From Camelus ferus (Eukaryota): 64,000 nucleotides of DNA. Below, one piece after another: positions 37,545 through 49,560 of the stretch. The DNA is taken from positions 101,248,001-101,312,000 of the forward strand of contig NC_045697.1 of assembly GCF_009834535.1 (NCBI RefSeq). The letters are read 5' to 3'. A program made the translations under genes and the position numbers. The notes under the pieces are model-generated. The model did not search any database. It saw only the letters and a list, made by a program, of their open reading frames with translations, and was not told the DNA's origin. How positions within the stretch are numbered: position 1 is the stretch's first letter; each line of letters starts with the position of its first letter.

Positions 37545-38552
37545 TGTCTCTATACAAAACATGCACCCTAATGTTCATAGCAGCACTATACACAATACCC
37601 AAGACGTGAAAACAATCTCAGTGTCCATCGACAGATGACTGGATTGTAGGCCCCTGACTGTGGGAACCAAGGAACGAGTCTTGGGCCGGAATGGTAAACA
37701 AGTTCTAAAAAGATGCAGACTCAGAGGTGAGAATGCTGGTTAGCCAAGGACGGGTAAAATCCCCAGAGGGGGGCAACCTAAGACAGGCACAGCTGCCTGA
37801 GTCCAAGAAGAATGTTGTAAAGCAGCCGTTTCTCATATGTTCTGCCCTGATAAGCTGTAAGGCTCGCTGTTGCCAACAGGAACATGATTTACCAAAACAT
37901 AAAGGGTCTTCTGACCTTGAGCCAAATGCTGCCTGTTAACCATTTCCCCTTGTCATTCTTCTTTGTTATATAAGACTGTGCAACTTAATAAAGCTTCAGA
38001 GCAGCCATCAGCTCTCTCCGCATATAGCGTATATGTGTACATGGTATCGCGACACCGACACTGGATAGAGAAGATGTGGTATATTTATACAATGGGATAC
38101 TACTCAGCCATAAAAAAGAATAAAATAATGCCATTTTGAGCAACATGGATGGACCTGGAGATTGTCATTCTAAATGAAGTAAGCCAGAAAGAGAAAGAAA
38201 AATATCATATGATATCACTTACCTGTGGAATCTAAAAAAAGAAAAAAGAAGACACTCATGAACTCATCTACAGAACAGAAACAGATCCACAGACATAATA
38301 CACAAACATGGTTATGGAGAGGGGGAGAGACGAAAGAGATAAATTGGGAGTTCAAGGATTTGCAAATATTAACTACTATATATAAAACATATAAGCAACA
38401 AGGTCCTACTGTATAGCACAGAGAACTATATTCAATACCTTGTAATAGCCCATAATGAAAAAGAATATGAAAAGGGATGTATATATAAAAGAACCACTAT
38501 GCTGTACACCAGAAACTGACACACTGTAAACTGACTATACTTCAATAAAAAA
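37545..38552 (+). mobile_element. 5'-truncated young L1 3' end, interrupted by an ERV solo LTR
   Basis: atgcaccctaatgttcatagcagc...tgtccatcgacagatgactggat [LTR] ctggatagagaagatgtggtat...cttcaataaaaaa. Same family as 15571-16040. Confidence 0.92.
37645..38060 (+). mobile_element. Endogenous retrovirus solo LTR, betaretrovirus/ERV2 (ERVK)-like, 416 bp
   Basis: TGT...ACA termini. Perfect 6-bp TSD ctggat (37639-37644 and 38061-38066). TATATAA at 37967 and AATAAA at 37987. Confidence 0.9.
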
Positions 38553-40768
38553 GTTAAGAGCTAATAATATGTTAAGCCTCTGTATAAACACTTACTCTTT
38601 TTCTGCACATGATATCAGTTTTGTTCTACAGAATAATCATAGAGAAGACAACAATTTATAGAGAAGATATACATCTTTTTTTTAAGAACACATATTAGCT
38701 TTCAGGATCAGGTGATTTCAATTCATATACCCTGCTAGGGACAAAGGGAAGAAAAGGACCCTCCATTACTGCCCTCAGTTATTTGAAAATCTGTTTTCAA
38801 CATGAATGGAAAACATGGTTTCTGCTCTAGGGTACGAATGGCCACAGCCCCCTCTGCAGACCAGGACAGCATGGAGCATGCCCCAGGCATCAGCACAGAA
38901 CCTCAGGCACTCCCCACCAGACACTTCCCATTACCTGACTATTTACTGCTATATCTTCAGGGCACAGGCAAGCATTTGAGAGGTTTTGTGAATTTCATTT
39001 TGTTTTGTTTTGGGATGAATGAAAGAATCACCTCCCTGAGGGCCTGTTGCCTTCTAATTATAAACAGCGCAGTGACTGCTGCCCTGCCCATCAGATTTCC
39101 TTAAAATAAAGGCAGATATTTCCTTCCGGAGTTTCCTGCCAGGATTATCCGCACTTCTCCCCTTCATTGACCTCCTTAGATAAGGCAAAAGCCAGTCAAA
39201 GGGCAGTCATTCCTCTTACCTCCCCGGAAATATCACACCTTCAACATTGTAATGAGTTTGGAGAAAACAGGGATTACAAACCAACATGATTATATAAATG
39301 GTCTAAACAAGAAAAGCATCTCCTTTTGTGATGCCAACATTCTGATATATGAGGGATTTATAAACCTCCTGTACCTTGGAACTACTCTTTCCTTTCTTAA
39401 TACCTTGTAATTTTCCTCCCATTTCTCTCAAAATCAGTCTCTGGCTTGTCTCTATTGTATACCCTGTGCCTAGGACAATGCCTGAAAGACAGCAGGCGCT
39501 CAAGAAATATTAGTGGACTTCCGAGGTCATAGCAGGACCCTCTGGGCTCCACTGTCGCTCTGTGTCTGATCCACCTTAAGGTGGATCAGGTCTTGGAGGA
39601 CCAGTTTGGCCACGACCCCTCTCCAACCAAGAATCCACAGAAGCTGCCTTTGACAGCACCTTCCACAGCCAACACCCTTGCTTTCAAGCTCTTCTCTTTC
39701 TTTGCTGTATCCCACCTCTCTAGCCAACGCTTTTATAACGAACCAAAGGCACCCTTTCTGATCCCACCAGGCCTTCCCAAGGTCTCTTCTTCACCTCCAC
39801 CCTTGCCACAATGCAAGCACATTCACGAACATCTCAGGACCCATCACTGACTCAGAAGAGCCCACCTTTCTTTCTCCCTCTCAAAACTCCATTTATGCTT
39901 TAAAAGAAGTTCAACTCTTGCTTTGTGACATATTTTTCTTTTCTTACTCTGCACTGAGATTATCCTAGTTTGAACTTACACTTACTTACTGCTTTATTCC
40001 TTTCCTGTTTTTCTGTGGTTTGCCTCTCCATTCCCCGCTTAATGCTCCCAGCAATTTCCCAGTAGTCTCAATGTAATTCACGGGAAGGCTGTGAGACTGT
40101 GTGGAGGCTCACAGGTCACAGAGGCTGCCTAATCACTGGTGAGAGACTGATTTAATTCACTACCCAAGTCCTGTCAGATGCACAATATGGCCATGTAAAA
40201 GTCACAGAAATGAATCTTAAGGTTTCGGCTCAACCAGAAATGCAGGTCGATGAGGATGTTGTGTGAACATTAAGTAAATGAGTGTTTTTATCCTAAAAGA
40301 CAGAACTCAGCTTTCTCTCCTGTTCCTCTCTGGGCACTTAGTTCTCTTTCCCCCTTTTCTGAAAGATTATCATGCTCAACTTCACATCGTTGGGTAGCAC
40401 ATTAACTCAAAGTGTTTAAAACTTCACTGATATGAACACTGTCCCCAAAATGCTTTATCACTGATAAAAAAATATGATCTAAAAATTCCCCCTCCCCAAA
40501 AAAAGCTTATCTAGGGATACTATCTATAAATATCTATTGTGCTGCTGACTTCCTAAAAACCATGTATCTGCTTAGTTGCATTTATCATCCTAATTTCACA
40601 CATACTCATTTTCTCTTGAATAGGAAAAATCTTTCTTGAAGAGTCAGCTATTCTCTAAACCCTTTGATACTGCTAGTCTGTTCACTGTTCCTGCCAGCCC
40701 CATGCACCAGCTGAAACAAGAATGTAGTCATAATTCATCTAGAAGTAACGAATATGCTAGCCTTCTAA

Positions 40769-40950
40769 CAGCACTGTCCAATCCACCTTTCTATGATGAT
40801 GGGAATGCTATTCAGTTTGCCCTGTTGGAGACAGAAGTCACTAGCCGTATCTGGCTACTGAGCACTTGAAGTGTGGCTAGTGTGGTCGAGGAATTGGAGT
40901 TTACATTTTAGATAATTGAAACAGCCACATAGAGCTCGTAACTCAACACT
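40769..40950. mobile_element. MER3-like hAT-Charlie MITE
   Basis: cagcactgtccaat...ttctatgatgatgggaatg...cactagccgtatctggctactgagcacttgaagtgtggctagtg. Confidence 0.8.
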
Positions 40951-41099
40951 GTTACGGTTATGCATTTACTGAAATTACAAAGGATAAGTAAATAACATTC
41001 AGGATAAAATAACATGTATTTTAACAGTATATGCTTCTCATACTTGGAGTTCATATCTCTGGGTAAATAAAAACAAATATTTGGAAAGAATATTTCCTA

Positions 41100-41330
41100 G
41101 GTGTCAGAAGATGTGTGTTTTCAGCTATATTCCAAGCTAGGTGTGCAGCGTTGGGAAAACTGTTTTATTTCTCAGGGACTTAAACATTTAGAACATGTGA
41201 TCACCCACTTTGAAACGATTTGATTCTGTATTAGTTTCAAAGTACCTTAAGGATATTTTTGAGGATCAACTGAGAAAAAAAATGTCTGAATACTTTGCAG
41301 ACTGGAAAATGGCACATCAATGTACACATA
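41100..41330 (+). mobile_element. MIR SINE, degenerate
   Basis: agctaggtgtgcagcgttgggaaaactg...tctcagg...tttttgaggatcaactgagaa. Confidence 0.5.
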
Positions 41331-41991
41331 CTTAAAGAAAAATATGATGCAAACTCATCAATTCTCAAATTTACTAGAATCTTGCTGCTGAAACCCTAGT
41401 TTATTAGTTTTTCTGAACCACTCCAGAATACATGCTGGTATGGGTAAATAAGAATCTAGAATCGTTCAGATCTTGTTTTGTTTGCTCCAAGGAAAAGCAA
41501 GTAATGACAAGCATATAACACACAATAAGTAGGAATTAAACATTTTATCTGGCCTGAGTAGTTACAAAATCTCTTTTTATTTTTTCATCCATGTGCAAAA
41601 ACAAAACTGGTTTCTCAAGTGCTTCAGTTCTCCTCTGAGAGGTCTCTCTGGAAGGACAGGTTTCTGCAGCCTGCAGGATAGCACACACACTGTGATTGTA
41701 CACACTGCGCACACAGGTGTGCTGTCAGCAGGTCTGCCCCACCAGCCACCTTCAGCAGGAGAAGGGACAGGGGAAGGATGGTGTCTTCTGGTTGGGGTTC
41801 TCAAGAAGATGGCCAGTGCATGAGAAAGCACTCTGTTGCTTCTGCCTCCAGTGTGAGGGGTCCACACCCTGGTAGGTGCTTAAGATGATCCATGTGTATA
41901 CAGAAAGAAAATAAGAAAACTTCTACTAATATTTATTGTGTATATAAAAAGCTAAGAGAGAAATTAAGCTTCACAAACATTTAATATACAC

Positions 41992-42405
41992 TGTATACAG
42001 ACTGCTAATTGCCTATCGCAAAATCCATCCTTTCCTGTTTAGTAAGAAAACCCCAATTTTTAGCTCAGTATGTTGTCACTTAGAATAAAGATTGCCATTT
42101 CCTGGCCTTCCTAGCAGCTAAGTTTTGGCCACTGTGATGCAGTCACAGTACTGCTGCTTAGAATGTGGACATGATAGCTAGGGATTCAGCAGCTACCTTA
42201 TGCCATGAGGAAGAAGACTTATGTGAGGACAGAAGCTCAGGAAGAAGAGAGCTTTTTACTTGATGACCTCAGGGACCTACCAAACAGCTTTCAACAGTCA
42301 ACCTCCAGATTTCACATGCAAGAAAAATAAAACGTCATCTAGGTTAAGACACTATTTTAGATAATTTTCTATGGCATGCAGCTGAACCTAAGCTTAATTG
42401 TTACA
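41992..42405 (+). mobile_element. MaLR (MLT1J-like) solo LTR
   Basis: catttcctggccttcctagcagct...aagttttggcc...gaatgtggacatgatagct...gcagctgaacctaagcttaattgttaca. Confidence 0.7.
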
Positions 42406-44170
42406 TAGATTTGTTAGCACTCCCTTTTTACAATATGCAAATTAACATACACATAATACATGCATGATTTTTCTCTGATAGGATGTACAATAAAACGGTT
42501 TCAAGATTACAGGAATAAAGGACTGTTCCATGCTACTACCAAGGTCAACTCTACTTTGAATTAATAGGGGTTAATGGGATCCCACAATACAGACACTAAT
42601 TACACTACAGCAGACTCTTAATATTTGGGGGAGCTATAGCTAGAGATCCTTGGGAAATCTAAAGTTCACAACACATAGATTTTTGTAAAGACCTCTTAAT
42701 TTTTCACAAATATAATTTCTGTCCATAGTCCCACGGTCTCTGAAAATACCTGTCCATCACACATTACAAAGAAAAATGTTTAAATCACTACACAAAAAGC
42801 TATACGGTAAAAAAATGAGGAATGCGAAGAGTATCGATATCGATGCTGGTGGTTGGCTAAATCCCCTCATCAGTTAATGGCTTAGTCCCACACATCAGTC
42901 TCACAGTGCGTATTACTGAAAGCCATACCTTAAATTACACTTAAAAAATTATATCATGACCCTTAGGGTTGTTTGTAAATAACCAAGTCCTCCAAGGTTG
43001 AATCCACAAATATCATGAGTTTGTTGTATAAAATAGCCAGTGTGCTCTGCATCCCTCCAGGCTATAGAAAAATTCTTGGTTAAGAGAAATTCATGCTTAA
43101 ATTCAGTGACAATGGTCAAAATAAACCCTCAACCACCCAAACATGTTCAAGGCTAGAGTCTTTACACCCCTGATTTGTAATCGTTCATTCTACTCAATGT
43201 CTCTCCTTGAGCACCAGGAGTTTCTAGCCCACCAGAAGGCTCCATGCCTACAGCCACTGTTGATGCACACAGCTGAGGTACATTCACTCCAGTGCGCACA
43301 CGATCATAGCTGCCCTGCATCACCGTCCTTCTGGGTCACAGACTCTCAGTGACGGCAGCTGGGAGGGGGAACTCCTGCAGACAGGGACCCCGGCTCATTG
43401 CCCACTGTCCTCCCTGCTCCCTGCAGCAAGACTGGCCCAGCATCAGTGAGAAGTTCACAGCAGGTAGCCACCGTCTAGCCACCCAGAGGGGGCGCAAAAT
43501 GGCCATGAGAGGAAATGAGATTTAGTGATATAATGAGGGAATACTCTGTTACTAATTTCATAAAATTTAGCTTGTGAGACAACTTAAAAAATCTGGTGCT
43601 ATTCCAGGCGCCAAGTGTCTTACTTCCCAAGCACAGTGTCTCCTGGAGTTCAGAGGAAACAGCACAGATGAAAGGGGGAAATGGCCCTGAGTCCATCATC
43701 TGTGAAACTTGTCAGCCACAGCAGAAATCTGATAGAAAACCCTGGGTGAAGGGCACACACATCTTCCTTCACCTTGCCTTGCCAAAGTGGATCATGTCAA
43801 CACAGCTTCCAGGAACTGCAACAGAGAGGACAGTGCGAAAGTCTGAGTTTCTTCCATCCCTTGTCATTCCTCCAATTTCATCTTCTCTTGTTGCAGATGG
43901 GCCACCAAAAATTATAATAATTCCTTAATCAAAATATCACATTGAAGTAGCAATATGGCAAACTGTCATCACAATGGTGAAACCATAATTTAAATCATAC
44001 GCTCTAGAGGGAATGAAGGAAAATGTGATGCTATGTACTTTATGTGCTATAGTAACTTTTCCAAAGGGCAGATCAAGAAATGAATCTAAACATGGGGTTA
44101 AATACTACATCTCAGGAGTAGATTTAAAAAGGGAATGGAAGAAATTCATTTATTTAAAAACTAAATTAAG

Positions 44171-44272
44171 GCATGCAGGAGGTCCTGGGTGCAATTCCCA
44201 GTACCTCCGTTAAAACAATAAATAAATAAATAAACCTAATTACCTCCCCCCAAAAATTAAAATAATAAATAA
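44171..44272 (+). mobile_element. 5'-truncated Vic-1-like SINE
   Basis: gcatgcaggaggtcctgggtgcaattccccagtacctcc followed by (AAAT)n; homologous to the SINE at 11-176. Confidence 0.85.
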
Positions 44273-44579
44273 AGCAAGGATTCTTTCTGAAAAGTTTGGG
44301 TTCACCTAATTTAACACAGAATCATAATGCCAGAATCTGAGACCAAGTAAGAGGAGTAGGGCTCATTTAGACTAACTTCCTTATTTTAAAGATGAAAGAA
44401 CTTAGGTTTAAAAAAGTGAAGGATGTTCACAAAAATTACACAGACAATGAGCAGGAGAAGAACTCAGGTCTTCAGAGTTTGTTCAAATATGCAATCTTGT
44501 TTTCAGTATTTTCTCATTCTTTTTTGTATCTCTGAGTTTAACCTTCTTATTTATTTTTTTCCCCAAAGACTCACTTAAA

Positions 44580-44710
44580 GCATAACCTTTGAGGGGGCTT
44601 TTTGGGATGATGGAACTGCTCTGTATCCTGATTGTACTGGTACTTGCACAAGTCTATACATATGTTAAAATTCATAGAAGTGCACACCACAAAAAGTAAA
44701 TTTAGAACAT
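44580..44710 (+). mobile_element. Old L1 extreme 3' end
   Basis: ttttgggatgatggaactgctctgtatcctgattgt...tctatacatatgttaaaattcatagaa. Confidence 0.7.
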
Positions 44711-45479
44711 CCAAAAAATAACCTTCAGTGTTACTGAAGAAGCTGGGCTTTTTACCAAGTGTATCTGAATTCTTCATACTATCATTTCTTATTTATTTTC
44801 AATAGAAAACCAAGAATAAAATCAGGACATTTTAACCCCACTGTCCATTATTCACTGATTCCATTGTATTTGACGGCCTGCTGCTTTACTGGCTGCAATG
44901 TCTTTATCATCAAATATAAATGTAAAATAAGGAAATAAGAATGAACTGTAAGTCCTTCCTCCTATGATGGACTGAATCTGACTCTCCCCTTCAAAAAAAG
45001 AGAGAGAGAGAATTTCTGTGTGTGAGAAACTAACCAGTAGAGAGGTAAGCTATATGGCTCTAAATTTTAAAAATTATATCCTTTTAGGTCAGTTCTCAAC
45101 AGTTTATGCTGAAATAGATACTGATGACAGCTGCCTGCCTTTATGGAGTTCCTGCGTGCTAGACACTGTGTTAGATGGGGGTCAATTATACCCAGTCCAG
45201 AACAATTATTCAGGAGGAAAAGAAATATTTCTTAACGTCAATCATCTGTATTTAACGCAAACATGAAGAATAAATCCAGAAGATCACGGAAAGGACATGA
45301 CTGTCAATTACACAATAGGATTTAAATTGCAACTTCATGCTCTTTCTCACTCGGAGATATTTGACAATTTTCTTAAAAAACATCTTTGAGTCTCTGTTTT
45401 CTCACTGATAAATGTAATAATCCTCCCTTCCTCCATAGATAATTGTGTGGACAAAATGTTATGATGCATACAAATAACA

Positions 45480-45720
45480 GTTCACATTTATTTAGTGTTT
45501 GCCATGGATAAGACACTCTTCCAAGTGTTCTAAATATTATAATTTATTTGTCTGCAGAAAAAGTCTAGAGGCAAATGTTATTATTATCCTCATCTTACAG
45601 ATAGTAAAACAGACACAAAAGGTTAAGTAACTTACTGACGAGCATATAGTTACATTGGAAACTGAGATTTGGACTCAAATATTCTGGTTCCAGAGTCCAT
45701 TTGCTTGAACAACTTCACCA
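45480..45720 (-). mobile_element. MIR SINE, apparently nested in a + strand MIR (45340-45790)
   Basis: ttattatcctcatcttacagatagtaaaacagacacaaaaggttaagtaactt core. Confidence 0.75.
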
Positions 45721-46850
45721 TTATTGCCTCGTGTATAAATGACTTGGCACAGAGTAGATGCTCAATGAATGGTTGCTGCTATAACTATAGATTTTTATTT
45801 TTATGGCAAATTAATCTCACCGGGCTCCCAGAAACTCAAAGCGGGACAGGGCTACAAATGCTAATGATATAAATGAAACCATTTTGCTAACACTGTGATA
45901 CTTTCCACACCATTTTCCCTTCACCAGTGCAGCAAAGTCAGAGATTTCTTTTTAATGCTGATGTTAATCAAAAGTGAAGGTTTACTTTTTTTTTTTTTTA
46001 AGAAAGTTCTCAGCCTTTAATCTCTCTCCCAAGCTCTGTACTCAGATGCCAAACTGCTCCCAAGCACCTCCGTGTGCATGGCAATACCTGTTCAGTAAGG
46101 AATTGTGGTAGATGAAGAGATGGAACATAAAATGGAGGGAAAAAATGGAAGTTGTTGCAGTTCAGTCCTGGTAAATGAATTGCCTTACATTGAGAAGAGA
46201 GCCCATGAGTGGAGAAGGAGGAAGGAACTCATCAGGAAAACTCCCTGGACCAAGAGAAGAAGATAGGCAAGGGGGCTTAGAAGAGGAACATCAGTGAAGG
46301 TCACTAGTGATCCAGGAGAAGCAAAAAGATGGGCACAGCAGATCATAGCCTCGGTAGAAAACAGAAGCTACCACAGGATATGGACATCTTGGACCCTTAT
46401 TTTTTTTAATTAAAAAACGCTGTGTTAAGCCATGGGAATTGGATTTTTCCAAGAGGCATAAAGACTTTTGGCCAGTGAGAGTCCTCTGTAGGCTCCCAAA
46501 TGCCCTCTTATCTCAGACATGAGTGCACTTCTGACTGCCTGAGGCAACCTGTGTGAATAGCCCTCATGTGATGCCGCCAAACAGAATCATCTTCACTTTT
46601 CCCTCCGGTTTCCTTGTTCAAGGTCTATCACAGCCTCAAGGTGTGTGCCTATCTTCCAACCTCTCCATTATGTTGTACCTGCTTTTATTCAGGTTGACAC
46701 TGTCTTTTTTTCAGGACTAGTGGGACGCCCTCTAAAAGTCAAGGGTGGTAAATGAATCATGCCTTTGCTGCTGCTCCCCACTCCTTTGCTTAATTATGAG
46801 GCTCCTTCTGCCTTGGTGCATCCTAAGCATGATGCGCTAGGAAGCCCCAC

Positions 46851-46892
46851 CACATGACCGGAAGCGGCACACAAGATGGCGCCTATTGGCTG
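46851..46892. promoter_or_regulatory. Dense TF motif cluster (E-box, ETS, YY1/CTCF-like, CCAAT)
   Basis: cacatgac (46851), ccggaag (46858), caagatggcg (46872) and attgg (46885) within 42 bp, with 3 retained CpGs. Confidence 0.45.
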
Positions 46893-46958
46893 TATCCTTA
46901 CCTTTCTAATCTATCATTCATACTTTGCCAGGGTCACCCTCCTAAAACAGAGAGCCAC

Positions 46959-47505
46959 TGTGGTGACAGAATCCTAAGGTGGCCTCCAGTGGTCTCATCC
47001 CTGGTATACAAGCCTTGTATAATTCCCTCCTTTAGAATGTGGGTAAAACTTGCGTATGACAGACTATTATCTCCATGATTAAGTTAATAATCAACTGGCT
47101 TTGAATTCATCAAAAAGAAGTAACCTAAGCAGGTAAATCCTTTAAAGGGATATGGCTGTTCCTAAAGTTAGAGATTTGACCTGAGGCAGAGTCTCTGACA
47201 CTGGCTACAAGGACTAAGAGAGCCATGTGGCAAGGACCTCAGAGCCACCTCTATGAGCTGAGATCAACCTCCAGCCAACAGTCACCAAGAAGGCAGGGAC
47301 CTTGATTTTACAGCCACAAATAACTGGATTCTGCCAACAACCATGTGACTTCGAAGAGGACCCTGAGTTCCAAGTAGGATTTTAGCCCAATTTACACCTT
47401 GATTTCCGCCTCAAGAGATCCCAAGCTTCTGCCCCAAAGAACCATGAACCAATACATGGACATTGTTTTAAGCCACTGAGTTTGCAGGAATTTTTACACA
47501 GTATT
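46959..47505 (+). mobile_element. MaLR (MLT1E/F-like) solo LTR
   Basis: tgtggtgacagaatcctaaggtggcc...gccatgtggcaaggacct...gattctgccaacaaccatgtga...tgttttaagccactgagtttg. Confidence 0.8.
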
Positions 47506-49129
47506 TTTTTTAAAAATTATATATCCCTCCTGCATTTTTCCATTTGAAAAATCTATCTCCCTCAAATGGCAGAAAAAGTTAATTGTTCCTAACACTTGAC
47601 GTTTCCTCAAATAAATAAATATTATTTAATGCTCTAGGAAGACTATTTCTTCCATTCTGTGGTATACATCTCCATCCAAACACATCAACAAAGCTGTTTC
47701 CTCAGTGCATCACTCATCTAAATGAAAGCTTCATGCAACTAAGCTATGATTAAAGGACTTTGCTTGAGAGATGCTTGCAAGTGGCTATCTACGTTGTCAC
47801 TAAAGCTGTGGATACACAGCTCCCTGGTACAAGAGCCCTTCTCTGTGACACCAGAGCATAACCTAAATGACACTCTTCCATTTTCCCACCTCTATGGAAT
47901 ATCAGTGCATTTCAGCCAACTCCCCACTCTCAAAACATATTCTTTGAAAGTGTCATCCAAGAGCACCATTTTCCTGTTCTGATTATTCTATGACTGCTCT
48001 GGTTGCTTATATTTTCCTCTGATTCATCTTTTTGATGCACATTTCATAAACATATGACCCCACTATATTATGGAATCCCTAATGTTTCATTTCTTTGCAA
48101 TGAAAGTGTGTTTATTCCCTATGACAGATTGATTCTTCCCACGGAGTCCTCCAAACAAATGATAAACACAGTAAGTGCCCAGGCGGCATGACAGGGAAGG
48201 TGTATGGAGGGCAGAGAACAAATGAAACATAAAAGGGATGACACAAAGCATTTCTTTCCAAAGAAATAATCCATTACTGTTCACAATATGTCCATAAGAG
48301 GCAATAAAAAAATCTGCTTCTCTCACACTTCATTTATTACCCTTTTTTCACCCATTTTTTATGGAAGCAAGATTTAGCTGTCCTGCAATTAATAATTCAG
48401 TAAACAAAATATACTACTACACAGATGAGAGTTTGCTGTTCTCTTCTAGAGCTAAGGAAATAAACAAAGGTAATTAATGGCTAAAGAGCATGTCCATCAG
48501 TTCTTCTCTCAACCCGGGACTTCTGGGAGAGCAAGGAGGTTCTCAAGCATATGTTAGAACTGCTTCCTGGGAGAAGAGACAGTCATTCAACACTGACTGA
48601 TTATTGGGTTGAGCTCTAAATCTTTTAGGTTGTTGATTTTCATTTACTTATTCAACAAACGTTTACGGCCTGTTTTTGATGTGGCAGAATATGAGTAGAT
48701 AAGTATAAGAAATGGGAGCTGAACTGGAGATGATCAGAGTTTGGTGTAACAGAGTACACGTAATGAGATTGAGTTCAAGAGGATGGATGCAGAGGCGCTG
48801 CTTCAGCAAGGAGAGATTTTTCTTGAGGAGTTGAAGCATGAGAGTGTGTGTGTGTGAGTTTGAGTGAAGGGGGAAAGAGAGAGAGTGTACAGAGCTGATC
48901 CTTAAGCTATGTCTTTAAAAATGTGTAGGCAATGATAGGTTGTGTGATAGAAGGTATTTCTAGGCAGGAAAACAACATGAATTCATGAAAAGACAGCACA
49001 TCTAGAGAAAAGGCTGAAAAGTTTACTGTGACAAGGATAAAGGTATAGAAGAAGCAAGAGTAAAATGTAATTTTGGAAGCAGGATGGGACTTACTTATAA
49101 AAGGTTTTATGTTCCATAACAAAGGGGTA

Positions 49130-49560
49130 ATTGTTTTCCTGGATCAAACTGTTCTTCTTTCCCATTCTTTTCCTCCCTCACAGAGACCCCAATCCATGGC
49201 TGGCATCCACTGTAGCCAATAAGAGTAACATCTTCTAGGGAAACTGACCATAGTGATGGGTCCAGAATGGATGAAGCATCTAAGCCAAGCTGTAGAAATG
49301 GACCACAGTGATGATCCAAAGACAGGCATACGACCAAAGCTAGGCATTTCCTAGAATTCTTCTTATCAGAAATAGATGGGAAAGAGGAGAAGTGGACAGG
49401 AAGAGCCTCCTTCCCTGTATTGGTAGTCAGATTTAAAAACGTAAACTCAACATTATCACGAGTTGTATTCCCTGCCACAATGACCAAGCCTGTCTGCCAG
49501 TAGGGTAGATGAACACCTAAAGAGCAGAAGAGGCACAAGAACCAAGGGAGGTGTCATCCT
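49130..49560 (+). mobile_element. Ancient ERVL/MaLR-type LTR fragment
   Basis: LTR-like composition and motifs only; family uncertain. Confidence 0.35.
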
